Below are positions 34,448 through 47,900 of a stretch of DNA of 64,000 nt, one piece after another (position 1 is the first letter of the stretch; each line of letters begins with the position of its first letter). Both the position numbers and the translations under genes were made by a program. Source of the DNA: Rebecca billardiae RCC1528 (taxonomy: Eukaryota > Protista > Haptophyta). The notes below the pieces were generated by a model. The model was not told the DNA's origin. It saw only the letters and a program-made list of their open reading frames with translations, and made no database searches. The stretch covers positions 496,001-560,000 of the forward strand of contig OZ251226.1 in assembly GCA_965240325.2 (NCBI GenBank), written 5' to 3'.

Positions 34448-36865
34448 TTAATCTTTTGCTGTCGTCTTCTCGTCCTCCGCAGCCTCTGCATCGTCGTTGT
34501 CGTCGTCTTCATCGTCACTCGTCGCCTCGCCGGCGGCACCACCGCGGCGCACGGTGGCCTCGAGGGAGCGCGGGTCCTGATCGGTCGTCGGCGTGGGCGG
34601 CGCGAGGCCGGCAGCGCGCCTCGGTGGCGTGGCCAACATCGGCTGCAGGCCGGCAGCTGAAACATCCTCGGCGCCCGCCGCTCCTGCTGGCTGTGATGCA
34701 TCATCGGCATCGGCGACCAGTGCGCCACGCGGCGCCGTCGCCGGCGTGCTCGGCCCTGCGCCAGTGTTGGCGAGCGGCGTGGGCGGCGGCCCTGCGGCAC
34801 CTGCCGGCGTGAGCGGTGGCTCGCGGTCTTGCCGCAGCTGCTCGATGGCGGCCTGCTGCTGCGCGCGCTGCGTCTCCGCCTCGGCCAGCTGCTGCGCGTC
34901 ACGCTCGCGCTCTTGCCGCAGCTGCTCGATGGCGGCCTGCTGCTGCGCGCGCTGCGTCTCCGCCTCGGCCAGCTGCTGCGCGTCACGCTCGCGGTCTTGC
35001 CGCAGCTGCTCGATGGCGGCCTGCTGCTGCGCGCGCTGCGTCTCCGCCTCGGCCAGCTGCTGCGCGTCACGCTCGCGCTCTTGCCGCAGCTGCTCGATGG
35101 CGGCCTGCTGCTGCGCGCGCTGCATCTCCGCCGCCGCCTCGCGCTCGAGGTGCACCGCCTGGTCCGCCTCGCGCGCGACGCGCATCTCCTCCGCCTCGCG
35201 CAGCGCCGCGGCCAGCTGCTGTGCGTACAGCTCGCGGTGGTGCCGCTCGGCTGCGAGCTCGTTCGCCAGCCGCTCGACGGTGGCCTCCCGCTGCTCGCGC
35301 TCGCGCGCCCAGCGCGCCGGGTCGACGCGCGCGAGCTCGGCCTTGAGCCGCCCGATCTCGCGGTGCAGCGCGCCCACGCTCGGCCCGACGCGCGGCGGCG
35401 GCGGCGCGCTCGCGACCGCGCGCTCCCAGAGCGCCTTCGCCTCGGGCGCGAGCGGGAAGTAGTCGCTCTGCAGCCGGTTGATCTCGACGAGCAGCCGCTT
35501 GATTGCGCGGATGTGCTGCTCGACCGGGTGCTGCAGCGACGGGTCGATCGTCTCGCCGCACGCCAGCAGCCGCAGCCGGTACCGCCCGACCGGCAGCATC
35601 GCGCGCGGCCGCGCGTGCGCGCGCTCCCACCGGAACCGAGCCTGCTGCAGCAGCCCCTGCAGCTCGGCGCGCATGTGCTCGTAGTCGAGCCGCGCGGCCG
35701 CGTCGTGCGCGGCGCGGCGGTGCCGCGCGCGCGTCTCCACGAGGAAGCGCGCCATGTCCGCCGTGGGCATCCGGCGCACGAGCCTCTCCTGCGCGTCGAG
35801 CTCGTCGAACACGAGGCGCTCGTCGTCGCGCAGCACCTCCGCCTGGATGGCCGCGGCGTGCTCGCGCAGCTGCTCGTGGCCCCACGCTGCGCCGAGCGTG
35901 TTGTCGGTGAAGAGCCCGATCCCGAAGAGGGCGAGCACGTGGTCGACCAGAAGCATCACGTTGTTCATGCTGCGGCCGAGGGGGGGTGTGGGTGGGTGGG
36001 CGCGGGGGGCGTGAGCGGAGCCGTGGGCGAGGCCACGCGCGGCGCGGTGCGTGGCGCGCTGCGCGTAGTTGCGTGCCGTGGGTGGCGCGCGCGCGGCAGC
36101 TTAGGTCGAGCGCAGCGCGCGGCACGGGCGCGCGCGGTGCGCACTTTTGCTGCATCCGGACCGAGTCCGGGATCTCGAGCGGCGGCGGCGGCGGCGGCGC
36201 GGGCGTCTGCGTGCCCGCGTGCGTGATCGGCGCCGGCGGCTCCGGCTCCGGCCGCGGCGCGTCGTCGCGGCCGAGCTCGGCAAGCAGCAGCCCCACCAGC
36301 GCGCGCAGCTCGGCGCCGCGCGCGTCGTCGGCGCCGAGCTCGCGCGTGAGCGCGGCCACGCTCGTGCGGTGCGCGCCGCGCTCGGCGCCGAGCTCGGCGT
36401 CGGCGGCGCCGAGCTCCGCGCCGCTCAGCCGGGTGCGGAGCCGCTCCTCCTCGAGCAGCTCCAGCGTGTCCCCGAGCTGCGTGTCCGCCACGCTCAGCTC
36501 GGTCGCCAGCGAGGCGCGGAGCGCGCCGCGAGATGCAATCTCGGCGCGCGCGTCGGCCAGCTCGGCGTCCGCGTCGCGCAGGGCTGCGAGGGCGGTGTCG
36601 AGCTGCGCGTGCGCCTCGCGCGCGGCGAGCGCGGCGCGCTCCGCCTCGCCCTCGAGATTCGCGAGCTCCCTCGCCAGCGCGCGCACCTCCGCGCCGCGCT
36701 CCGCCTCGGCCGCCAGCAGCGCGCCCTCCAGCGCCTCCAGAGCCGGCAGCTCGGCACGGAGCACGCGCAGGTCGACGCGCGCGCGCGCCGCCTCGGCCGC
36801 GTGGTGCTGCGCGCTGAGCGCCAGGGCGAGCACGCCCGCCGGCGTGAGCGCGGGCGGCAGCGGGC

Positions 36866-36914
<49 letters not shown>

Positions 36915-37653
36915 CGGCTCGAGCTCAGCCTGCGCGCTCGCGTCGCTCACGGCCGGCGGCGGCGGCGGCGGAGGCATCAGCGCAGCCTGCACCGCTGCGC
37001 TCGCGCTCGGCGCCGGGCCTGCCTGCGCCGCCGCCGCGCGCCGGCGCGGCGGCGGCTCGGACTGGGCGGCCGCGTCGCGGGTGTCCACGCCGACGGGCGG
37101 CGGCGTCGGCTCCGCCACGGCCGTCGGCGCGCGCGGCTCGGCCAGCGCCATCTCCAGCCCGCGCGAGAGCAGCCGCCACGGCAGCACGCGCTGCTCGAGG
37201 TCGCGCACGCGAGATGCAATCTCGCCAAAGCGCGCGGCGCTGGCGAAGTGGATCACAAAGTCGGTGACGAGCACCTCGACGGCGTCGGGGTCGGCGCCGT
37301 CGGCGGGCACGAGCATCGGTGCGCGCCGCCGCCCGCCCGGCCCGCCGAGCGGCGCGCCCTCGCCGTCCGGCCCGCCGCCGGCGAGCGCGTGAGCCATTGG
37401 CATCAGCGAGGCGATTCCCACGGGGAATTGACGCGACGGCCGCGCGCGCACAATCTGCATGCACGCCTCGTCCGGCCGGATCCGGAGCTCGCGCGCGAGG
37501 CGGAGCAGCACCGCGTCCGGCGTGGCGTGCTCGCTCACCGGCTTGTTGCAGAACCACGCGTGCCCCGCCGCGCGCAGCAGAGACGACCCGGGTGCGAAAT
37601 GGGGCCAGCTGCCGCCGCCGCCGCCGCCAAAGCCGCCGTCGCCGTCGCCGCCG

Positions 37654-37693
<40 letters not shown>

Positions 37694-38784
37694 TGCCGCC
37701 AGCCACGAGCCACGCTGGCGGCGACAGCAACGCGCTGAGCTGTGCGGCGGTCGCTCGCTCGACGATCTGCGCGGGGCTGAGCAGCGCGTCGGGCCTCGGC
37801 TCGGCGAGCGCGCGCCGACGCGAGCGCCGCGCGGCGGAGGTGCGCTTTGCGCGCCGCGCCGCTCGCCGCTCGGCCGAGGCGGAGGCGGAGGCGGAGGCGG
37901 AGGCGGAGGCGGAGGCAGCGCGCGCCGGCGCGCCGCCGCCGCCGCCGCGGCCGCCCCGCTTGGCGCCGCCGTCGTCGGCGGGTGCGGACGGCGCGGCGTC
38001 GGGCGTGCGCGGCGGCGTGCGCGGCGGCGAGGGCGGCGGCGAGGGCGGCGGCGAGGGCGGCGGCGGCGGGCGGCGCTCGCGCTGCACTGCGCTCGCTGGC
38101 ATCAGCTCACGCGGCGCGACGCGCCAGCGCGCGCCGCCCGCGCCGCCGCCCCAGCGCCCGGCACCGCCGCCGCCCGCCGCGCCCTCGTCGTCGCGCCCGA
38201 ACGCGCCGGGCGCCACGGCGCACGCGAAGAGCACGGCGACGACGAGCGCGACAAGCACCGAGCGCGCGAGCGCGCTGCCGCCCGTCGACGTCGCCGCGCC
38301 GCCTGCCCCGCCGCCGCCGCCGCCGCCGCCGCCGTCCAGCAGGGGCCACACCCCGTGGACCGCGAGGGCAACGACCGCTGCGCCGAGCGCGGCGCGCAGC
38401 GCCCAGCCCAGCAGCGTGTCGGACGCGTCGGCGCGGACGGCGGCGCGCGACGTCGCGCGCGCGCGCGCCGCCACCTCGGGCAGCAGCTGCGCCGCGTTGC
38501 GCGCAGAGAGCGCGGTCGCCTCCGCGTGCGCGCCGTCGCGCAGGTGTGCGGCGCACTCGCCCACGTGCCGCAGCGTGCGGCCGCGCGCCTCGGCCGGCGT
38601 CGCCGCGAGCAGCGCGCCGAGCTCGGCGCCGAGGCGCTCGGTGGCGCGGTAGATGGCGCACTGCGCGTGCACGTGCCGATTCGCCGCGCGCGTGAGCGCG
38701 GTGCCGCCGTCGAGCACGAGCTCCAGGCCGAGCGCGCCGCCCGCCCACGCGGACGGGCGGGCGGCGACGCCCGCGCCGCCGGCC

Positions 38785-38822
<38 letters not shown>

Positions 38823-39613
38823 CAGCTCGGCGGCCGCGAGCGCCAGGGCTTCGAGCGGCGGCGGCGGCGGGAGGCGCGCCGCGCCGTGCGCCGCGCGCTG
38901 CGCGCTCGCGCTCGCGTGCGCGCGCCGCGCGAGCGCGCCGAGCGCCTCGACGCACGCCGCGGCGAGCGCGCGCGTCGCCGCGCGCGCGGCCGCAAACTCT
39001 GCGTCGGCGCCGGCCGGCGCACCCGGCGTCGCGGGCGCGAGCTGCGTCGAGGGCCCGCCGCCGAACACGCTGTGCAGCGCGGTGCGTGGGCGGGGCGCGC
39101 CGCCCGCGCCGCCACCGCCGCCGTCGGCGCCGGCGGGATGCGGCCGCGGCGCCGCCGCGGCCGGGTGGGCGGCGCGGGCCGGCGGCGGCGGCGGCGCGGC
39201 GGCGCCCGCGGGCGCTGGCGGCAACCGCGCGGCCACAAGCCGCGCGACGCTCAGCGCGAGCGGCGGGGCCCCGCCGTCGGCGAGCCGCGTCTGGAGCAGC
39301 TCGACGACGTGAGAGCGCGCGGCGGGCGCCACGCCGGCGTGCGGCGGCTGCTGCTCCGGCTGCCGCTGCCGCTGCGGCCCCGGGCCGACCAGAGCCGCAC
39401 CGCCGCCCTCCTCTTCCCAGAGCAGAGCGGCGCGGAGCGCGGACGAGCCGCGCGCCGAGCGGGCGGGCGGCGCGCGCTCGACCGAGCGGAAGCCGAGTTC
39501 GAACGCTTCCGGGTGGGCGGCGAAGAGGCGCGCGCCGAGCGCGAGCAGCGCGTCCGCCACCCCCTCCAGGAGCAGCGCGGTCGCGTGCGCCGCGGTTGAC
39601 GCGTCCAGGCCCT

Positions 39614-39657
<44 letters not shown>

Positions 39658-41665
39658 TCCGCCGCCGCCGCCGTCGCCGTCGCCGCCTCCGCCGCCGCCA
39701 TCGTCGCCGTCGCCGCCTCAGCCGCCGCGGCCGCGGCCGCGGCCGCCTGCGACCGCGCCTGCGCGGCGCCGCGCGCGGCGGGCCGCAGCGGCGCGAGCGG
39801 GTTCACCGTGCGCAGCGCATCGCGCAGCACGCGCCAGCGCTCGCCGCCCGCCGCCGACGCGGGCGGCGGCGGGTCGGGCTTGCCGTCCGACGCGTCTGCA
39901 AGCAATTTGGTGTCGGCCGCGCACGCGCGCGCGAGCTCGGCGCGCAGCGCGTCGGCGGCCTCGGCGTCGTCCGCGTCGGCGCGCGTGCTGAGCGGCGCGG
40001 CGCACAGCTCGAGCACCGCGTCGTGCACCAGCTGCACCACCGCCGCCTCCGCGTCCACCCCCCAGCCCACGTCGCACGCGCGCGTGCCGGCGCCGAGCGC
40101 GCCGCCCGGCGGCGCGTGCGGCAGCCCCGCCAGCCGCAGGCCGCCGGTGAGCTCGGCGGCGAGCGTGTTGGCGGCGTGCGCGCGGCCGAGCGCGGCGAGC
40201 GGGCGCGCGTGCTCGCGCACCGCCTGCTCCAGCCCCACCCAGCGCTGCGCCGCCGCCGCCTCGCCCACGGCCGCGGGCAGCTGCGCGGGCGGCACGCGCG
40301 CCGTCGCGGCCGGCAGCTGCGACAGGAACGACGCAAGAACGCGCACGGCGCATGAGGGCGCGTCGGCGCGCGCCTCGAGGCGGCGCACGGCGGCGGCCGC
40401 GTCGTGCAGCTCGAGGAGGTACTGCGCCTCCGCCTCCGCCGGCTCGCACAGCCGCGCCGCCAGCGCGCACCACCCGCCCACGGCGCGAATCTGCATGCCG
40501 AGCTGCTCCGCATCGACCGAGCTCACAGCGCCGGCGGTGGCGGCGTGCGCGAGCGCGCGCTCAAAGGTTGCCAGGAGCGCGGCGCGCGGCGCGGCGGCGG
40601 GGAGGCGCGGCGGCGCGAGCGCGGGGGGCAGCTCGAGCCCCTCGCGCGCCGCGCCCTCCTCCGCCGCCGCGCCGCCGCCGCCCCCCGCCGCGCCCGCACC
40701 CGTCGCCGCCAGCAGCAGCTGGCGCGAGGCGGCGGCGACGCGCGCGTCTAAGGCGGCGTCCACAGCGGCCGCCGCGGCCGCGGCGCGGCGGTGCAGCAGT
40801 GCATAGGCGAGGGCGAGGGCGGCGAGCGCGGCGAGCATGCCCGCGGCGCGCACGACGACGGCGGGGCGCACGAGCAGCGCGATGCACAGCATCGCCGCCG
40901 AGTACACCACCAGCGCGCAGTCGACCGCGAGCGCCGCCCAGCAGAGGGCCCCGAGCGCGGCGCGCAGCGCGCGCTCGGCCGCGCTCGGGAGCGGGTCTGC
41001 TGACGGCACGACGGCCTCGCGCCACGCGGCGCGGCGGGCGTGGTCGCGCGAGGAGCGGGCGCCGCCGAGCGCGCCCGGCGGCGCGAGCGCGCCCTCGGGC
41101 CGCACCTCGAGCAGCCAGCCCCGCGCCACGTGCGCCGTGCCGAGCAGCAGCAGCAGGCCGGCGTGCACGCAGCCGGCGGTCGCGAGCGCCGTCGCTGCGG
41201 GCGGGCACGCGGCCCATGCGGCGCACTGCGCGCCGCGGATGGCGAAGGCGGCGCGGTACACGCCGAAGAGCGCGGGGAGGACGAGGAGGGCGTACGCGAG
41301 CAGCGGCCACAGCGGCAGCAGCAGCACCACGCTCACGCACGCGCGCGCGGGCCGCCAGCGCGCGAGGCGCGCGCCGAGCGCGCGCGCCAGCAGTCGCGCG
41401 CCGAGCGAGCGCGCCTCCGCCTCCACCGCCGAGGGCATTGCACACAGCAGCGCCGTCGCGTCGTGCACCCACGCGCCCGCCGCGGCGGAGGCCTCCTCGT
41501 CGGCCGCGCTCGCGAGCCCGCTCGCCTCCGCCGCGCGCGACGCGCCGAGCACCTCGAGCACCACCTCGCTCAGCGCGGGCGTGAGCGGCGCGCGCGTCCG
41601 CCACTGCTCGGCGCGCGCGCCGCCGACGCACCAGCGCCGCGCGCGCGGCGCGGCTCGCGCGCCGC

Positions 41666-41705
<40 letters not shown>

Positions 41706-44700
41706 GTGCTGCACGCCGCACGCGATGCGCACGAGCTCGGCGACGTTCCCGTGCAGCAGCGCGTGCGGCACGACGAGCTGCCCGTCCGCGTGGCTCAGCG
41801 CGTACACGCCGGGCAGCCCGGCCTCATCCAGACAGCGCGCGAGCACGCACCGCCACTGCGCGCGCGCGCCCTCGCCCGCGCCGCGCGCGGCGAGCGCGGC
41901 CGAGACGGCGTCGCAGAGCGAGGGGCGGATGAAGAGGAGGCGCGCGCGCTCGTCGCGCCCGCCCGGCGGCGGGGGCTCGCCCACGCCCGGCGGCGCGCCG
42001 TCCGCCTCGAGCTCGAGCGCCCCCGCGTGATGCAGCGTGTGCAGGCGCGCGCGCGCCACCGCGCGCTGCGCGCCCGCAAACGCACGCGCGCGGCGCGCGA
42101 GGCCGCGCGCCGCGCGCGCGCCGAGTAGGAGAGAGAGGGCGACGATGGCGGCGAAGACGGCGATCGGGGCGGGCGAGAGCGGCGCCTCCGCGTGCCCGCG
42201 CACCGGCGCGCCGGACTCCTGCGCGCCCGCCGCCGACAGCTCGGGCTCGCCCCAGCCCCACGGAAACGGCGCGCCGCCGCCGCCGCCGCCGCCGCCGGCC
42301 GGCGCGGGCAGCGGCCCAAATGCGGCGCGCAGCGTGCGCGCGTCGGCGACGATGATGCCGTCGACCCACACGAAGAGCGGCCAGAGCACCGACGCGTCCT
42401 CCAGCCGCGCGCGCCGGCCCAGATCCTCCGGCTCCATCCGCGCCTGCTCGAGCGCCGCGCCCACGAGATCTGAGAGCATCAGCAGCAGCAGCGGCGCCCA
42501 GCACACACACAGCAGCAGCACGCGGCGCAGTGCGCCGTGCGCGCTCAGCCGCGCCGGGCCGTCGGACGCGCCGCCGCGCTCCGGGCCGCCCCGCTCGGGC
42601 TCCGCCGACTCGGGGTCGATCACCGAGCGCCGCCTGCGGCCGGTGAGCACCAGCGCCGCCTCCGACGCGGCGGGCGGGTCGAACGCCACGCGCTGCGTGC
42701 GGTAGGGCGCGCAGCTCGCCGCGCGCGCCCACGCGACGCGCGCGCCGCCGCCGACCCGCGCCCTCGTGTCGGCGCGCGCGGCCGCCGGCGCCGCGGCGGA
42801 GTGCGCGCGGTCGGCGTCGGCGGCGGCCGCGCTCGCGCCGGGCGCGGCGCCGCCCGCCTCGGCGCGCGGCACCTGCAGGAGCGCGACACTCTGTCGGTAC
42901 GACGCGCCGCGCGCCACAACCCCGCGCCGCTCCAGCACGCGTCGCAACGCGTGCCCGGCAGCGACCGGCTCGCGCGCGGCCCGCGCCCGCGCCGTGCGCG
43001 CCGCCTCGGCCGACGGCGCGAGCTCGCGCTCGGGCGGAGCCGCCGCGGGCTCGTCCGCGTCGCGCGCGCGGCGCAGCGGCGCGGCCAGCAGCACGAGCAC
43101 CCGCGCGCGCCAGTGCCGCGCCGGGTCGCGCCGCGCGCCCGGCCCCGCGCCCAGCCGCTCGGCGAGCGCGCTCGGCAGCTGCTGCGTGGCCGCGTCGGCT
43201 GGCGCCGGGCCGTAGTCGGCCTCGCCGCGCGCGGCGGCGGCGGCGGCGCGCGCGGCGCTCGGCGCGTGGCGCGCGGCGGCGCGCGCGGCCGCGGCGGCGC
43301 CCGGCGCGCTGCGCAGCGCGGCCCCCATCCCCACGCACCAGCAGCGGCCGGCGTGCGCGCGCGTCGGCGGGCGCGCAAGCAGCAGCAGCCCTCGGCTGTC
43401 GCGCAGGACGCAGAGCTCCGACGCGCCGGCGGCGGGCTCGCCGCCCTCCCCGGCCGGCTCCTCGCGCGCGCGCGCGCACCAGAGGGCCTCGCCGCGCATC
43501 CGCGCGCCTGCGGTGCCAAAAATCGCGTCGGGCGCGCACGCGTGCCACGCGCGCGCCGCCGCCGCCGCGCGCGCGCCGCCGCCGCGCCCGCCCGCTGGCG
43601 GCGGCGGCGGCGCGGCGGCGGCGCACTCGGCGCGCGCGCGCATCGACCCAGCGAGCTCGATCTCGTGCAGTAACGACCCTTCCACCCACTGCTGCGGCGG
43701 CCGCTGCTGCTGCTGTGGCCGCGGGGACCCGCCAGCCGCCGCAGAGACTGGCGTGCCGGCGCCACCCGCCGCGGCCTCGCCGCCATCTCCGCCGCCCCTC
43801 GGCGCGGGTAATGAGGGTATTTCCATGCCGCCGTCCGAGCAGAGCAGAGCGCTCAGCCTCAGGCCCCCCGCCTCGAGCGCCGCCGCGGAGTCGTGCCCGC
43901 CGCCGGTCGGCGAGGCCGCGCGGCCGCCGCCCCCGCCGAGATCGCCCCAGCCGTCGCCGGCAACATCGACACCGTCGTCGTCGTCGTCGTCGTCGTCGTC
44001 TTCGCTGTGAGCGGGCGGCGCGCTGGCGGCGGCGGAGCGGCGGGGACGGCTCTTGCGAGCGCGCCGCGCGATCACAATGACGGCCAGCTCGACAGGGCGC
44101 GCGCCGCCGTGCGCCTCGCCGTCCTCCGAGTACGCAAGCGTGCACGCCCACACGCGCCGCCGCGCCAGCGCCCCATCGCCCGCTTCGCCGTGCGCGTCCA
44201 GCAGCGCGCGGAGCGCCTCGAGCGCCAGTTCTGCCGGGGCGGCGCGCACGGCGGGCGGCGGCGGCGCCAGCCAGCTCGGGCTGGCCAGCACGTGCGCGTA
44301 GCGCACCACCGGCCGCGCGCCGCCGCTCGGCAGGTGCTGCGGCGCCGTGCGCACGTAGTAGGACGGCGCCCGCTCGGCGGCGGGGACGACCGGGGACGGC
44401 GCAGTCCGATCGGGCTGCGAGCGAGTTGGCGGCTGCGGCGGCGGCGCGGGCCGCGGCGGGCTGGGCGGCGGCGGCAGCGGGCTCGCGAGCGGCGGCGGCG
44501 GCGGCCGCCTGGGCGACAGCTGCGCCACCCACGCGCCGCCCACCCACGGCGCGAGGTAGAAATCGGAGCCGCCGTCCAGCACCACCTCGTCCACGTCCTC
44601 GTCCAGCGCACCAAACGGCGGCACCGGCAGCAGCAGGCAGCCCAGAACAAACCACGCGCCGAGCAGCAGCGCAAGCAGCCACAGCAGCAGCACGACGAGG

Positions 44701-44859
44701 ATGCGCCAGCACTCGAAGTCGAAGCCGTGCTCGCACACGCGCCCGCCCGGCTGGAGCGCGTCGATCAGGCTCGGGATGGGCGGCGAGGGCGGCGAGGGCG
44801 GCGGCGGTGGGCTCGGCGGCGGCGCGGGCGGCGGCGGCGGCGCGGATGGCAGCGGCGGC

Positions 44860-44900
<41 letters not shown>

Positions 44901-47900
44901 GCCGGGCGGCGGGCTCGGCGGCGGCGAGGGCGGCGGCGGGCTGGGCGGCGGGCTGGGCGGCGGGCCGGGCGGCGGGCTGGGCGGCGGGCTCGGCGGCGGC
45001 GGCGAGGGTGGCGGCGAGGGCGGCGGCGAGGGCGGAGGCGCGGGTGGCGGCGAAGGCGGCGGGCTCGGCGGCGGCACGGGCGGCGGCGAGGGCGGCGGCG
45101 AGGGCGGCGGCGAGGGCGGTGGCGGGCTCGGCGGCGGGCTCGGCGGCGGCGAGGGTGGCGGCGGGCTGGGCGGCGGGCTGGGCGGCGGGCTGGGCGGCGG
45201 CGAAGGCGGCAGGCCGGGCGGCGGGCTGGGCGGCGGCAGGGGCGGCGGCGGGCTGGGCGGCGGCGAGGGCGGCGGCGCCGGCGGCGGGCCCGGCGGCGGG
45301 CTCGGCGGCGGGCTCGGCGGCGGGCCCGGCGGCGGGCCCGGCGGCGGGCTCGGCGGCGGGCCCGGCAGCAGCGTCTCGCTCGCGTTCACGCACGCGAACG
45401 GCGTGAACCCCGCGCCGCCAAAGTCGCGGTGCGGCCTCGTGCTGAGCGAGTAGAACGTCGAGCGCCCCTGCACGTACGTGCGCCCGTCGTCGCCGCCGAT
45501 CGGCTGCCCGTCCGACGCGCGCAGACGCTCGATGGCGAACGCGAGACAGAGCACGGCGCCCGGCGGCCAGCCGGCCGCCGCTCGCGGCGAGAGGCCGAGC
45601 ACAAAGCTCTCCGTGCCGGGCACGTGCTCGGCCGCCCCCGCCACGCGGCCCGAGCCCGGCGTCGGCTCGAAGTGCCCGTCCCCGGCCGCGCCGCGCGCCC
45701 CCGGGCCGAACCGTAGCTCAGCCTCGCCCAGCCCCGCCACGCTCACCTCGACGAGCACGCGCGCGACCGCGGCGAGCTCTGCGCCGAGCAGCGGCTCCAC
45801 CGCGCCGTTGTCGGCCTTGGTGAAGGAGGAGAGGGTGACGGTGAGGGTGGCGCTGGCGTTGGTGCCGGCCTCGAGCCCCGCGCCCGGCGCGAGCGTCACG
45901 TTCTCCACAAAGTGCTGCGCGGGTACGGCGGACGCCGCAAAGTACGTCATGAACGTTGAGCCCGCCTGCACCGAGCTCGCAACCGCGGGCACCATCCGCG
46001 CCTGCCAGTCGGGCCAGCCGCCGTCGTCGCCGCGCAGCCACAGCCGGAGCGGGTCGAGTTGCCACCGGTCCCACGCGCAGAACAGCGACGGGTCGAACGC
46101 GGCGTACTCCGCGCTATCGCCGAGGCTGCCCCCGCCCTGCGCGTACGACGCAAGCAACAGGAGCAGGAAGGCGTCCAGCCCGTCCACGCGGCAGTCTCCC
46201 GGCAGGTGCGCCGCGCCGTCCAAGGCCTCGTCCCAGCGGCCGAGGTCGCCGCGGAGGCGCGCGGCGCAGCTGAAGCCGCTGCCGTCGCACAGGCTGCGGT
46301 CGGCCTGCAGCCGGCGCGCGCGCGCGCCGAGCGCGCCGCCGCGCCGCCAGCCGCTCGGCACCACGGCTGTCGCAAAGACATCGCGCTCGCCGCCGCCGCC
46401 GCCTGCGCCGAGCTCGAGCGGCCGCTGCTGCAGGCCGCGCCGCTGCCGAGCCGAGCCGTCCGCGAGCACCACCATGCACCCGGCGCCCGCGACGGCGCCC
46501 ACCTCGGTCACCGTCGTCTGCCCGACGATGATCATCGCCGAGATGTGCGCCGAGATCTGTGTGACGGTGCCGGGCGGCACGCCGTCGCGCACGCGCAGCC
46601 GCACCGACACCACGGGCAGCGCGCCGCCCACGTCCGTCGCGGTGAGGGAGGAGCCGACGAGCGCGATGGGCGCGAGGTCGACGACGCACTCGATGGTGTA
46701 CGATAGATGCGAGACGCAGTACGCACGGTCCGCCTCGAGCACCGCCGGGTCGAAGTCGATCCGCCCGTTGAAGCTCGCGAGTGCGCCGCCGTTGGTGTTG
46801 GCGCGCAGCTGCACGAGCAGCTCCGCGCCGGGCGCGGTCGGCGCAAACTGCAGCCCGCTCGGCGAGCCCAGGTCGACGTCGAAGGGCGCGGGGTCGAGGT
46901 TGGGCGCGAGGGAGAGCGTCGGCGCCGGCTCGAGCGCGCCGCCGCACGACGGCTGCACGCGCACCTCGTGCCGCTCGCAGTCGTTGTCCTCGAGCATGAG
47001 CACGCCGTCCGACGCGCCGACCGCGAGCGCGGCCGCGCCCGCGCCGCCGCCGCCGCCGTCCTCGAGCGCAAAGCTGAGCATCCCGAGCAGCTCGGGCCAC
47101 GAGGAGAGCGCGAGGGGCAGGATGTCGCACAGCCGCGTGCCGTCGTCAAAGCTCGCGCCGACCGGCAGCGGGAACGCCGTGCTCGAGCCCGCCACCCCGC
47201 GCAGCGTGCGCGACGCGACCACGACGCCGAGCGCGTTGCCCAGGAAGAGAGAGCTGATCTGGGCGGCATCGTCTGAGACGGTCGCGTTGAGGAACGCCGT
47301 GACGCCCGCCGCGAGCCACTCGGCGGAGAGGGTCGTGCTGCCGGGCGCGGCGGTGAGCAGCACGCCGTCGGCGGCGCGCACCGTCGCCACGCCCTCCGCG
47401 CTCGAGCCGAACGCCAGCGCCGACGCGCCGACGCTCCACGAGCGCACGGCGGGCGGCGCGGCGTGCACGTCAAAGTGCAGCTGCGCGCGCTGGAAGGCAG
47501 CGGCTGTGCACGCGATGCGCCGGAGCGGCGTCGCGTCGGCCGTGCGGCCGGGCGCGTAGCCGACGCACGGCGCCGTCGGGTACGGCGTGCGGTACAGCTC
47601 GGCGCGCTCGAAGTAGAGCAGCGGCACGCGCACCTCCGCAGGCAGCGGGCACATCGGCAGCCGCAGCTCCACGACCACCTCCGCGCAGCCCGCGGCCGCG
47701 CGCACCGACAGCACCCACGGCGCCGAGTCGGCGGCGCGCGAGAGCCGCGCGCACGCCGCAGACGGCGCGTCGGCGAGGCTCGCGTTGAGCCGCGCGTCGA
47801 GCGAGTAGTCGATGCTCTGCCCGTCGTCGTACGCCAGCCGCAGCTCGAGCTCCGTCGAGCTGGGCACGCCGACGGGCGCAAAGGCGAGCGGGTTGGCCGG

